From positions 930,001 through 994,000 of the forward strand of contig CP145418.1 of the NCBI GenBank assembly GCA_036867785.1: a DNA stretch of 64,000 nt, written 5' to 3'. Shown one piece after another: positions 22,425 through 34,934 of the stretch. Source of the stretch: Plasmodiophora brassicae. Taxonomy: Eukaryota. Position 1 is the stretch's first letter, and each line of letters begins with the position of its first letter. Under the pieces are notes generated by a model that was given only the letters and a program-made list of their open reading frames with translations, was not told the DNA's origin and did no database searches. The translations under genes were made by a program, and so were the position numbers.

Positions 22425-24584
22425 TCATAATTCTTTAACGTCAACATCGCTATTCGCGCAGACGCCGCCGATGGTCCATCCCCTGGATTGGATGACGCGC
22501 GTGACCGTGTCGACGACGGCCTGGATCTTGGCGTCGTCCAGGTGGTACGGGCCGAAGTAGTAGGCGGTGACGGCATCGACCGGGTGCAGGCGGGCGTTCA
22601 CGGCGGCGGCCAGGTGCGCGAAACAATTGTCGACCATCGGGTTCGTCGGGAAGTATACGAGGTCGCAGCCGTCCCTGGCGAACACGATGTTGGACAGCCC
22701 GGCGCCGTGTGGCCCGATCACCAGCTCAGCGGAAGCGAACAGCGCCACCTGTTCCAGCAGCGTCTTCGATTCGTGCGTGTCGACGCCCGGCTTCTTGCCG
22801 GGTTCGGCGACGAACACGTGCAGGCAGTCGGGGCCGACGACCGCCCGTAACGCCCTCAGCAACCGCTCCTCGTCCTGCACGACCCGAATGTACCCGGCAT
22901 CGGCCCTGGACACGTAGATGACCTTTGGCCGCGCCTCGTGCCGCACCTTGGACAGCAGATGGCGGCGTGCCAGGCGGATGCCAGCGGCCGCCGGCTGGAT
23001 AATGCGCCATGGGTCGTCGACGGGGCCGACCACATGGCCACCGGGTACATCCCTCCAGTCCACCCGCATCAGCGTCTCGATTCGGTACCGCTGGGCGCCC
23101 GGCGACTCCCGGTTGGGCGCCTTCGGGTCGTACCAGACGACGCGGCCCGGGTCGATATCGAACAAGTCGAGCGCTTCACGCGCGAACACGTTATCAGGCA
23201 GCATGATCCTCGCGTCAGGGTAGTAATGCAGTGTCAGGGCGATGCCCGCCAGGCCCTCCGTCGTCCAGTGGTAGTAGTTGAGCTTGTTGGACGGGTCGAT
23301 CGAGACTACGGCGCCGGGCACGTCGACGACCTGCTGATCGGGCAGTGTCCCGCCCGTGTAGTCACTCGTCGAGTGAGCGTGTGCCCCGAAGAACACAGCA
23401 TCGTCGTTATACAGAACACCTGTCGACGCCTCCATCGTCACGTTCGTCAACGTCGCGACGATCAGCTGACGCTCGGTGAACGCGACCGGGATTCGATCCC
23501 CGTACGACAGCGCCATGTACTCCTGGTCGTCGGACGTCCCGCGAACACGGTACACCTGGCCAGGTGCAATCCCGAATTCAGGTGCGGTCGCAAGGACAGC
23601 GACATCATCGGCGATGTCCTCCCATCGGTGCACGTGTCGGCGCCGTTGGGACTGCGGCAACGCCTTGTTGACCTCGTCGACGCGAACGCGCCCGGCTTTG
23701 TCGATGTACGTTCGGGCGCGTGCGTCTAGCGGTCGCGAATAAAGCATGATGGTGCCGACGTTCTGGATGTTTCGTGCAACGGGCAGGTTTCTGGCGGCGG
23801 CACGTTGATATCGAAGTGCTCTATCGGCGTCTTCCGCCCGGTAGGTGTTCAGCCTATACTGCGAGCGGAACAGGTCATCCAGCAGCATGGTCACTTCCTT
23901 GACCCTGGCAGACAGGGCCGGGTCGTTCTGCTTACGAAGTAGGGATTTCGCCCTGCTCAACGATGTGATGGCGTCGGCGTAGTCGTCCACGAGGATCTGC
24001 ATCTTGCCGAGGTCGACAAAGGAGGACCAGTCGGCGTCGTTGGTGGCCGTAGCCCTGTTGCACATGTCGGCCATGACGGCATCGTCAGGATGCGGATCTC
24101 GCAGGGCCGCCATCATAACGTCGATGTCTTTCACCGGGCTGCGAATGCCCCACTTCTGCAGGCCTTCGTTATGCTTCGTCAACTCTTCCCTGGCGTGATG
24201 CAACGGGTTCGCTAGCTTTCGTTTCTGCTTGTCGACCATCAGGAAGCGACAGAGGAGCGTTTCGAAGCGGGCGCCGGTCGGTGCTTCCACCAGGGTGACG
24301 GTGGGCGCACGCGTCAGCCCGAGTTCGTAGACGGCCCGAGCCTGGTCGCGTTTGCCAACGGACTCCAGGACGGCGCCCAAGTTGACGTACCCTTCGACGA
24401 CGTCCGGGTGCTCGTCGACCAGTTTGGAGAAGCCGGCGACGGCGCCCGGTACATCGCCCGCATCGACCTTGCCGATGGCCTGCACCAGGAGGGCCTTTGC
24501 CCGCGTCCCGTCGTCGGCCCCAGACGTCCACGCCGCCACAACGCTGCTGGTGACGATCAGCGCCCAGCAGCAACAGGATGACAT
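22425..24584 (-). CDS. TPR-containing glycosyltransferase family 61 protein, copy 2
   Basis: 719-aa ORF; inverted paralog of 8326-10503 with the same GT61 motifs; signal peptide; ends DVKEL. Confidence 0.88.
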   Translation of the reverse strand: MSSCCCWALIVTSSVVAAWTSGADDGTRAKALLVQAIGKVDAGDVPGAVAGFSKLVDEHPDVVEGYVNLGAVLESVGKRDQARAVYELGLTRAPTVTLVEAPTGARFETLLCRFLMVDKQKRKLANPLHHAREELTKHNEGLQKWGIRSPVKDIDVMMAALRDPHPDDAVMADMCNRATATNDADWSSFVDLGKMQILVDDYADAITSLSRAKSLLRKQNDPALSARVKEVTMLLDDLFRSQYRLNTYRAEDADRALRYQRAAARNLPVARNIQNVGTIMLYSRPLDARARTYIDKAGRVRVDEVNKALPQSQRRRHVHRWEDIADDVAVLATAPEFGIAPGQVYRVRGTSDDQEYMALSYGDRIPVAFTERQLIVATLTNVTMEASTGVLYNDDAVFFGAHAHSTSDYTGGTLPDQQVVDVPGAVVSIDPSNKLNYYHWTTEGLAGIALTLHYYPDARIMLPDNVFAREALDLFDIDPGRVVWYDPKAPNRESPGAQRYRIETLMRVDWRDVPGGHVVGPVDDPWRIIQPAAAGIRLARRHLLSKVRHEARPKVIYVSRADAGYIRVVQDEERLLRALRAVVGPDCLHVFVAEPGKKPGVDTHESKTLLEQVALFASAELVIGPHGAGLSNIVFARDGCDLVYFPTNPMVDNCFAHLAAAVNARLHPVDAVTAYYFGPYHLDDAKIQAVVDTVTRVIQSRGWTIGGVCANSDVDVKEL

Positions 24585-24932
24585 GCCAGGCAGCAGCAGC
24601 AGCAGGCAGAGGCGGCCTGAAGCACAGGGCGCCCGCAGTTTTCTCCAGGGACATGCGCGTCGGGCCCAGGAGACACGTTGGAACAGTCACAGGGGGGCTG
24701 TGTCGCCCGCGTCGGATGCGCCTCCGCCGACCCCAGGTTCCCTGGGCGGCATCGCTCGCTCGCTGTACAGCGTGATCCTGCGCCGAATGAATCTCACAGT
24801 CGGTGGCGTTGGGCTGCTGTTGGCCCTCCCTGGCAGCGTGCGAGCTGTCCGCTGTCGGCAGCGGATCGCGGACGACGGCCCATGTTGCATTCGATTTTCG
24901 GGTGCGCTCCCGAGCCGCACATTGGACGGCAG

Positions 24933-25919
24933 ATGTCCGCGCCCGACGGCAACGAGATGGCGGTGACGGTGAAGGTCGGCGACGGGGCGCCCGTGCAGGA
25001 GGCAACGGTGTCGGGGGAGGAGCGCGCGCCCGTGACCTTCACGTCGCATCTGCAGGCGAACGTGAAATTCTGGACCGTGTACCTCCCGGCGGTGTTCGCG
25101 AGGAACCTCTATCGTGGCGCGCCGACGACGTCGCGTTGCAGAGACCTGCCGGCACGCGACCCCGATCTGCAACCGGACGCGCACGACCATCTGATTGTAC
25201 TTCTGCATGGGCTGTTGTCGCGCCCGGCGTCGTTGGAGCTGTTCGCCAACGAGCTGTCGAGCGCGCACCCGACGGCGACGATCTGGGCGCCCCGTATCCT
25301 GAACCGAGGGCTGGCGACGCTTGACGACACCGTCCAACATCTGTGGGAACGCCTCGACCAGTCGCCCTGGGGCGATCGATGGCCAACGACCCCGATCACG
25401 ATTGTTGGCGTCAGCAACGGCAGTCGCCTGGCGTGCGCGTTCGACGCCCTGCTCCGCCAGAAGCATCATCGCTCCACGCGGCACCTGCATCTGGTCGCCC
25501 CGGCCGTCGTTGGCAGCTCTGTCGCAGGGCTGGTGGCCGCTTCACCACTCGCACGGTTCATTCCCGGTCGAGTCGCCAATGTCGTCGGCGAGTTTGCCCC
25601 CAGCAGGTACGCGCCGTGGTAACGCGCGCCGGCAGCGAACGGTCGTGCTGAGCAGGCTGGCAGCGCGGTGATCCAGGGCGCGAACAGGGCGTTCTGGGAG
25701 ACGGCGTCCGCTGGTTCGCCCACCGAAGTGTTCGTGTACCATGCGACCCACGACCTGATCGTGCAGCCCGTCGGCCTCGTCGACGAATGGGTCGCGCAGT
25801 CCAACGACAACGTTGTCGTCGTCAGCCGCCGCGACTTCCACGACCACAACCACTGGAGCCTGGTGCTCGACGGCGAAATCGTGGGCAACATCGTCGCCAG
25901 CGTGTCCCGCCCAAGATAG
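24933..25919 (+). CDS. Alpha/beta hydrolase-fold protein
   Basis: IVLLHGL oxyanion motif; GVSNG nucleophile elbow; ATHDLIV (Asp) and HNHW (His) in exon 2 after an intron near 25607-25655. Confidence 0.75.
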
Positions 25920-25959
25920 ACGCAACGCGTGCCGGCACGTTCGATAAACCCTTTACTGT

Positions 25960-26488
25960 TTACGAGCCTGTGGACGCGTTTCGCTTCCTGAGCGTTGGCC
26001 GGGACGTGGCGCCAGGGCCCCGGCCGGCGACATGGACGCTGTCCGACGCGTCGACCTTCGCGTATTCATGAAACGGGGCCGCTTCCGAATCGCGACCCAG
26101 CGAGGCGCCGGTCATCAGGGCGCCGACTCGAGACAGCAACGCGGCCGTGATGCTGCGCCAACGTGCCTGCGCGTCCTCCGCGTCCTTCAGCTGGCGTAGC
26201 TGGTGCAGCAATGCGCCCCGGTGCCTCTGGTACAGCATCTTCTTCGTCTTCAGGTACGCGAGCTCCTCCAGGATCGGCTGCTGCCCTTCCTGCGACGCAC
26301 ACTGCTGCAGGCGCGACTCCATTGCCCGCGCCTGATCGACGATGGTGTCCAGCTTCCTCTCCACTGGGCAGACCTCACTGTGTCAGCGTCGCGATAACCA
26401 TCGCCGGTACTGCCACTGCATTGAAGCGCTCACCACGGTGCAAGGCTTGGAACGCGGCCGACTGCGGCGATTCGACACCAGCATCCAT
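25960..26488 (-). CDS. Hypothetical coiled-coil protein
   Basis: Helical heptad-like ORF 25960-26364 plus a probable first exon MDAGVESPQSAAFQALH; exon structure uncertain. Confidence 0.5.
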
Positions 26489-26620
26489 TGCGGGATTCGA
26501 TGATGTTCACAGATTCAATGGGGGGAGCGCGCGCGCGCTCTCTCAATCAGTGATCCGATCCCAAATCTGGGCCGTTGCCTCTCCGAGTGCCTTTCGTAAA
26601 GGTCAAGCGCTTGGCATATA

Positions 26621-29600
26621 TTACGTGTCGAGTGCTGAACCTCGATGTGCACTGAACGTCCTGACTGGCATCGCCGACCCAAAGTAACAATCGACTGCAC
26701 GTCGGAAGCGTTGCATGTAGTCGACGGGAGCGATGACGGTAGGCAGAGGCCGACCGGCCAGCATGCCGAGGCTCTTGACCTGGCTCTCCAGGCGGGCGTC
26801 CAGTGTGTACACGCGGAGGTAGTCGATGATGCCGACCGAGATGGTGCGGCCTATCTCGTCGACGCCGATGAGGATGGAGTAGTCGACGACCGACCTGCCC
26901 GACAGGAACTCGGTGTCGTTCTGGACGGACAGGCGAAGGTCGGCGAGGGAATTCCCAGTCAGGGATATCGGGACGCCTTTCGTGTACTGAAGCAGGTCAC
27001 CGTCTAGCAGCGTCTTTGGGTCTTCCATCGGCGGCTGAACATGATCGGGCGGCTCGGGATGATCGGCCCGATTGGACCGGATGGACCCTTTCAGGTCGAA
27101 CACACGGGATACGTTCGGTTTGCCAAACAGGAGATTGCTGGAGACGACCAGATACTGGGGCGATGCGTCGCGGGTGACGGTCACCCGGAACGCGCCCAGG
27201 ATGGGCACCAATATCGTAGACCGGGTCGAGGCCATATACCGGAAGTACGGGATCGCCATCTCCAGCAGCATTTGAAACTCCCGCTTCCTGACCGTCTTCA
27301 CAACGAAACGGTTGTCGTGCGACTTTCGAAACGTCCCACCCGACTTACCGCCTGATGTTGCCCAGTCGCCACATGCCGAGAGAGAAGCGGCAAAGCCATC
27401 CTCAATGGGATGGCCAGCGATCGTCCATCGACGAAACGCTGCAAACTGCTTTGGGAAGTAGATCACGCACGATGAGCCAGATTCCCCATCGGGTCGTGAG
27501 CCATTCGTCCACGTGATCGGTCTGTCATCCGTCTCGTTCAGTAGGACGGTGGCACAGTCTTCCAAGCTGCTGATTCCTGCAACGCGCCCGGCATGTTCCT
27601 CGCTGCTCAGCGCAAGCGCGATAACAACTCCTGGATCGGCATGCGATGGGAACACAGCCGACGTGTCGACAGGGATCGCGTGAGCCCGTTTCCACTTGCT
27701 GCCAACACACAAAGCGCCATTACGTAAACATCAACAGCGACAGCGCTACAGTACGCTCGGCAAACCTTAGCTGGAGGATAACCGACAGAACAACGCGATG
27801 GAACCGCGTCGGCGTCATGTGGTCTCTCCCTAGATCGTTCACCAGCTCGGCTCGTAGGAGTTCCACTTCAACCTGCAGATCGGGAGAAACGATCTCGTCC
27901 AGACGCGTCATGATCTGAACAGAGATGAGCAGCAACCCAATCAGGTAGAGTGGGGGCAAACCAACCGATTCAAGGAACGACGCAACGCGTTCGTAATCAA
28001 CTGGAGGCTCGCCAAAATCACATCCAGAGAAGGGCAACATCTTGCCAGCAGTACACATGGTGAGCGTGGCGACCGGTCGATACTGCAAGGACAGCGTTAG
28101 GGACCCGGTCGAAAAGTACCTGAGCAAGAGGACATCAGCGGATGCTGACGAACGGGTAACCCTGCTCTGTACGACCGGGTATGATGGGTGCGCATCGGGT
28201 GCTGGCATGATCGTCCCGTTGCGCCATTGGGAGTCAGGCTCATCTGCAGAAAGCGTCCAAAGGATAACTGCAGAGAATGCCGAGACAGCGGGTGAGGATT
28301 CGTCGTGTGCCCGCAAGCCGAACACTTGGAATACGTTGTCACATGGGGCGATAACCTGTGCTGAGGATCAGGTGACTGCTCCAATCCGACGCGCCACACC
28401 ATACTTTTCGCGGGCGCTCAATTCGGCAATTAGGCGCGCCTCCCCATGCTGGAATATTACTCTGTGCTGCATCGGGCCCCGTTTGCATTCGCCGCAGGCA
28501 AACAAAGACAGTAGGCACGCCTCGGACAGGAACTCGCCAAGGCTGATATCAGCTGGCGAATAAAACTCGATTCGATCGAATCCACGCTGACATGGCCTGA
28601 CAGCGGGCTCGTGAAAGGCACGCACGAAACGATCGACCTTACGTACCATCCTTCGGCAATGAGCATCCGTTCGAACAGGAGCGCTCGTGAGTATGCCGGC
28701 AACGATGGCGACAGCAGTCCGGTCTCGGGTGGGGTTTCTGCCGCATCTGATCCGTCGTATATGCCTGGACATTGCGACGACGCGCGAACGGCCAGCAATT
28801 CAGGTCTGAACGCTGTAACGGCAGAGACGTCGACGCCAGTAATAGCAACCAGGTCAGAATCTGTTGCTCAATGTTGGGCCTTGAGAAACACTCACAACCA
28901 GGATCGCGAACTGACCAGGCGCGTCCGGGTGCGAGAGACAGGTAAACTAGAGGCCACAGTTTCATTGTGTGAATCGGCGTGCGGCGAAGAGAGCGACAAA
29001 CCTGCGACAGTAAGTCCTGCTCAATCGCCGTCTCACACCTAGCGAAGGCCTGAACAATGGTTGTTATGCTGATAAAAGGCCCTGCTGACCTCGCCGTATA
29101 GGCCATTTCGATGGCCGATAGCATAATGGACGCATACAGGTCTGCCCGACTCTGAACCCCGAACAGGATAATCGTTGAGCAAGCCAACGGATTGCACCCT
29201 TCGAAAAAGGTGACAGTCTGGTTTGACAGTTGCCCTGTACGAAACAGGTCACAGGTTCCAACGGCTACCTGCCAATGCGTTATGAGCACTACGCAGGGGC
29301 AAGGGCATCTGAAACAGAGTACCATCTCCTGGTCAAGCGAAGCCAGGACTGGTGCACCCGTGCAGCGCGATACCCGCTGCAAATCGTTCATCGGGACGTT
29401 CGTTATGCAGGAAACGCCAGCGTCAACCAGCATCGTCAAGGCACGTCCAGAGATGCTTCTGTGCGAGACGACCAGCGACGGCTCGTGCGCCATAAGCTTG
29501 CACACAAGAATTTTCTGACACATCCCATAAATCAGTATGACCAACTGAGCACTTCCTGTCCCGACCAACCAGGTATTCCATCTCGGCATCAATGAGCGTG

Positions 29601-30505
29601 TTTAGCGATGACATTCGACTGGGGTTACGGTCGTACTCCAGCGGGCATAGCAGCAAGATGATTCTGGGATTGGCAATCTCGGTCCTCATTCGCTTGTGGG
29701 CGACGGTCCTGCCAATAACGCAGCCTGCTAGACGGTGGCTCTTGTCGACATCGCCATCATCAACTATGCACACCTGCGTGTAGAACCTAACGTTTCGTAC
29801 GTCGCCAAGGTCAGCCCGGATCTTCAGCATGTGCGTTGCTTGTGTAGCGAGCCGAAGGATCTGTCGAGTCCAGCCCATTGTGTCGTCGATAGCCCCAGCG
29901 CCAACAACGAGCTCAGAGATAAGCAACCGGAGTCTTTGCTTGATGATCCTTGCAATGTACTCGTCGCAAGCTTGGTCAACAGGACTGCTTCGGGTCGTCT
30001 CTGGTACGTCCGGGACGGCCCTGGTTGCCATCGACGTCACAGGCTTCGAATCGCCCAACTTCAGCGTGAGACAGTAATCGCAGACTCGAACACCCCCAAG
30101 CGTGTTCGCCGAGCAACTATCGTAATTTCAGTGACGTATCCATGACGCGCTATGGGCCTGTTCATCGGTCGACACTACCTCGAGCAGAATATTTGACCAC
30201 ACAACCGGCAATGATGTCTCCGACGCTACAAACAACGTTAAGCAATTTGGTTGAATGCGTCGTCGGGGCCGCTGCCGGCTTACAAAGAACGAGAACGATG
30301 CCTCACAGTTATAGCAGGTCTGGCAGGATTGGTCCGGCATCCAACTTGATTTCCCGCAATCCCTCATCGTCTTCGTGTCGTCTTCAGTCTTCGCTGATGG
30401 GTCGGAAGACAGCCACCTGTCGAGCGACACTCACTGCCTGCCCGCGATGGCTACGGGAACGCCCTCACCGCGAAACCGCTTCCAACGGCTCGTTAACGGC
30501 ATCAT
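26621..30505 (-). CDS. FAB1: 1-phosphatidylinositol-3-phosphate 5-kinase FAB1/PIKfyve (multi-exon)
   Basis: FYVE (WMPDQSCQTCYNC..RHHCRLCGQIFC); CCT-like (VAHKRMRTEIANPRIILL); PIPK domain (SGGKSGGTFRKSHDNRFVVK, FDLKGS, VVDYSILIG, GIIDYLRVYT, PTVIAP). Start approximate. Confidence 0.93.
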
Positions 30506-30910
30506 AGACGGCCGCCCCGAGGTCCACTGTCGTAAACGTCGACCGTCGTCGCATGGTGGGACTACGATCACGTGCGTCGCCCATGCCTGGATGCCCGGAA
30601 CAATCTGCCGTACCGCATCCCAGGTCATCGCGTCATCGCCATCGCAGTGTGGTCCCGGGCGGCCAAAACGCGCCGGCGGCGGTTGCCAGGGCGCGCTTTT
30701 GGGCGTTCCAGATTCTTCGAGTGCCCCTCCAGCCCCGCCTGCCCCTCCCCGAGCCTGTCTGATGGAAGAGTGCACAACCAACGTCACGGTGCGATACACA
30801 TGACAGGCGCATCGTGCGTTTGGTTGTACGTATCGACTGGGGGTACGGGTGCCGATACTGCGGATCGACGTACGTCGCGTCGACTCCACCATTGTGCCGG
30901 GGGGCAGCAG

Positions 30911-32587
30911 ATGGCGCCCATGTTGCAGGTTGCTGCGCTGGCGATGGTTGCTGTCGTTGCCGGCGCGAATGCCGGTGCGGTACGTCGAGTCGACTGGAAC
31001 AGCCTAGGTGCGGCGATGCGTTGCTTCCGCGTGGCACTCGTGTACTGACGTACCTGGGCCGAACAAGGTCTCCATCCTCGTCAGCTGGCGTCGACGTTCG
31101 CTAAGTACTCGGAACCGGTCGTCATTGACAACGGGCCGCTTTCCGCATCGGGCGCATTGTCGAAGTGGACGCCCCGGTACTGGGTCGAGAACGCCGCCCC
31201 GGATCGCGACGTTGTCGTCAAGAACGCGTCGCGCCGCGTCTTCTCCTGGGGATGCTGCCCCCAGTACCGAAGTTCGCCCGCCCTTTGCAGAACGACGTCC
31301 AGGCAGCAATTTCTAACGCGACCGCCCCCCGTAGTGAGCATCCCCAAGCTGTTCGAGCGCGCCAGCCGTGCCGATCTCTACAGCGGCGATGACGACGACG
31401 ACCGAAGAGAGTACGTCTACTTCACCGGCTCGTTGGAGGTTGGGTAACGGCAACGGGTTTCCTTCGACTGGATCGTAACGTCCGAGAAGGAATGCGGGGC
31501 GCCGTTCAAGAACGATTTCATGACGAGTCTGTTCGAGGTGAACGAGGTGTCTGGCGGTGACCGCGACGACTCGCAGCGCATGCACATGACGAACGTCTGG
31601 GTCGGCTCCAGGGGCGCTACGGTAGGGCGTCCTGTTGCACGATGCCCTCGCGTGCCTCGTGATACCGTTTCCGTCCAGACGCCTCTGCATCACGATTACT
31701 TACACAACTTCTTCGTGCAAATCAATGGCGTCAAGCGTTTCACCATGTTCTCGCCTGCCGATTTCCATTCGCTCTGTACTTCGGCAATCGTGCCCCATCA
31801 CTTGACAGGAACCTGACACACGGGTTCACGTAGATCTGTTCCCGAAGTACCATTTCCTGCATCGCAACGTCCAGCTAGACATCGACAACGCCACGGTCGA
31901 CGACTTCCCGTTGTCAGTGAGCGCGCGCGACAGGCGGGTTGTCGACCTGCACCCTGGCCAGATCCTCTACCTGGTAAGCGGATGACTGGATCGGGCTGAC
32001 GGCTGGTCTGACCCCCGAGGAAGCCACCCCTGTGGTTTCATCAAGTGGAAGCCGCATCCGCGTCGATCTCGTTGAACGTCTGGAGTCAGTCCAAGGCCAT
32101 CAACCGCCTCAACAAGGTCTTCAGCATCGGGATTCCACTGGAAAGGTGGCGCCGTCCGGGATGGTGAGCACCCCCGTCACTGAAGATCGTTTCATAGACA
32201 ATGGGATTCGGCAACGGCGTCGCTCCGCATAGGGCACCTGCTGTCCCTGATTCTTCGACGAGTGATCGGCGAGACGCACGCGATCCGTTTCCTGTTGAAC
32301 AATATCGAGTCGCGTTACCGTCGTCTGCACGAGGGCATGGATTCGGCACAGTACTATTCCAGCAGCGCCGAGCGGATCCAGTTCGACAAGATCGAACGTC
32401 AGATCGATGCCGTACGAGGCCGTCATGCCAAACTCGGCAGACTGCCTATCGTATGACGTACCGTCGTGTAGGAGTCGCCGCCGTTCCTGCCCAAAGGAGA
32501 ACCCGGCGACTTGCGAGCCGCGTGCGGGCCAGAATCGAGCCCGCTACCGGCGACCGTCAACGAACGCCTACAGTTCACATCATCTGA
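30911..32587 (+). CDS. JmjC/cupin-like Fe(II)/2-oxoglutarate oxygenase with signal peptide (multi-exon)
   Basis: KWTPRY; NVWVGSRGAT / TPLHHDYLHNFFVQINGVKRFTMFSP; LHPGQILYL / PPLWFHQV (HxD...H triad). 3' end approximate. Confidence 0.85.
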
Positions 32588-33086
32588 AATCGCGAACGCC
32601 ATCTTTGACGCGGGAGCACCTGCCGATGTAACCTAAGTCGCTGCCTGTGTCACGCTGCCGACGTGGGTGAACGTGATATGGCAGGTGGTGCCCGTGTTCC
32701 TGTCGAACTACGTTGAGGACGTCGCAGCCCAGCTGGTCGGACCCGACCGTGTCTTTGACCTTCTGTACCATTGCGTCCTGCCTCGCTTGGTGGGCGCGGG
32801 TGCATCCGATCGTACCGAATTGTGATTTCGGGCAACCAGAAACGCACTGTCGCCCAATATATAATGAGACACGTCGAGTGATGGCCTGCAATGGAACCCT
32901 CGGACTAGGCCGCCTCTATCGTCCCGTATGGATCGAGCACAGCCGCAACCGAGCCGAGGCGCAGCACCTAACGGGGACGGTGGCGCTCATTACAACGTCG
33001 CTAATGACGTCACCAGGCAGTACGTCACGCCGGGCCACGTCATGGGCGAATGTTCGTATCCGACGATCGCAGATACCGAAACGCCC

Positions 33087-33299
33087 ATGCGCATCGCTCA
33101 GTTCGCCCTCGTCGCACTGGCGCTTCTCTTCGCCGACCTACACGCGATGTGGCACGGTAGCCCGGTGTTCCTACGATTGCATAACCTGTCCGTCCACGCG
33201 CGTCGTTCGCACGGGACGCCCCCCGTTGTCACAGCGCCTCCGGGTGCGCCTGCGCCCACATCGCCTCCTGCACCCGCTCAGGTCCAGGTATCCCACTGA
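33087..33299 (+). CDS. Possible small secreted Pro-rich peptide
   Basis: MRIAQFALVALALLFA signal-like start followed by a Pro/Ala-rich tail; no homology recognised. Confidence 0.3.
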   Translation: MRIAQFALVALALLFADLHAMWHGSPVFLRLHNLSVHARRSHGTPPVVTAPPGAPAPTSPPAPAQVQVSH

Positions 33300-33392
33300 C
33301 TACACGAATCATGCTCGGAATACACAAGTACTGAATAAGGTTTCGCGTTGTGTGTACTGGCCGTGCAGCGAGCGAACGGCCATCGCATCTCA

Positions 33393-34628
33393 TCAGCACT
33401 GCATGATCGGGTGGCGATCGGCGGTGACGCCCAGCAATTGCATGCGCAGGTGATGGTTGAAGATCGTGTTGGGCGGCAGCAGGTCCAACAGGATGCGATC
33501 GCTATCGCTCTGTCGGGTCGCGTTGCTGTCCGCCCAGCGGCGCAGCGCCAGGAGCATGTCACCTGCGTCCGCATTGATCCTGACGCGCATACGACATCAG
33601 TTGAACCCTGAGCAGAGCGCTGTCGTGCTGGCCACTTACATGCCCGCGTTCAGAGTCCCCTTGACCTGGTCCGCGCGAAGCGTCAGGAAGCCGGGGGACG
33701 AGGCGCATTCGATGAAGTGGTCCTGGATGAACGCCTGGCACCGCTCGGCGAGGTACTCGCTGCACTCGACAGTGGACCAGATCGTGCAGACCGTGTTAGC
33801 ACTGATGAACCGGGTGACGATCACGTGCTCGATCCAGGACAGCAACGAGTGGGCACCGAGAACAGTCGCCCAGCGATGCGCCTCCAGGGCGGCGTCGACG
33901 TTGGCGAACGTGTCCTCGGGGCCCTCCATTCGCAGGAAGCGAAGCACCCGGGCCATCTGCTCGATCGGGAACGCGGACGCGTCCACAACGGCGTCGGGCG
34001 CATCGATGCGGTCGGCGAACCAGGTCGAACGAGAAGCCAGCAGAATCGCGCACTGTCGTCGGAACCGATAAGGTCCCACGACAACCGTCACTTTGCCGTC
34101 GAACCGAGACGCGTCCAGGAACTTGGTCAGCGAATGGTGTCGAGGTCGATGGAAGACAGCTGGCCCTTCAGCAGCGGGCCGGCGCCGGCGTTCCGGGGAC
34201 GAACGCTCGCAGCGTTCGTCGCCCTCGTCGTCCTCGTCGCTGGACGGTGCGATGACTTGATCGTGAAAGCGCAGGCCGAGGTTAACGACGAGATCGTGAA
34301 GTTGGAGGTGACGCGCCAGGCGCAACAATTCAGTGACGTGGGCGATGGAGTCGACTTCCGGGAAGCGCGCCGTGTAGACGAACTTGAGGAGGTGGGCGAC
34401 CACGGTCGGGTCGGTGTCGATCTCGAGGACGGCGTCGTCGTTGGAGCGGAACAGGTCGTGCAGGACGGCGCACCGGGCGCGCAGGACGTCTTTGTGGGCG
34501 AAGAACGACGTGTCGTTGCACAGAACGACAACGTCGTGCAGGTGCGGGTTGTTGATGAACCTGCCGAGGTCCAGCGCCAGGTCGCTGTGGAAATGGCACG
34601 ACGTCGCCGTGCTCGTCGGCGTCGCCAT
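33393..34628 (-). CDS. BTB/POZ domain protein (tandem BTB plus BACK-like)
   Basis: HDVVVLC...FFAHKDVLRARC..LLKFVYT; second BTB AILLASRSTWF; NTVCTIW..LAERCQAFIQDHF; intron near 33590-33640. Confidence 0.85.
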
Positions 34629-34934
34629 GCGCGCACAGGCAGATTCGCGATCGCCCAAGCGTACCTAGCCTGGTCCTGGGTTCTGGAACAGTAGTAGAGG
34701 GCACGCGCCACCCAGCAGTGGTGTCCCGCAAACGAGAGCGCACGTTCCAGTTCCACAATGAGGCAGAGAGGCCGGCAACCTGTAAACCTGGACCGGTCAG
34801 TCGCCGGGCGGAACCCACTCGCGTGACGCTGTCCAGCACTGGCAACGACACGCGTCTGTTCACGTTACTGGGTAGCATGGCAACGCGGCGCACCTGGTCC
34901 CGGTTAGCAATATAAACGGCAACGTGTAATACAA

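Noticed and set aside
32580-32891. 103-aa minus-strand ORF
   Set aside because: No motif or convincing gene structure; cannot be supported from sequence alone.
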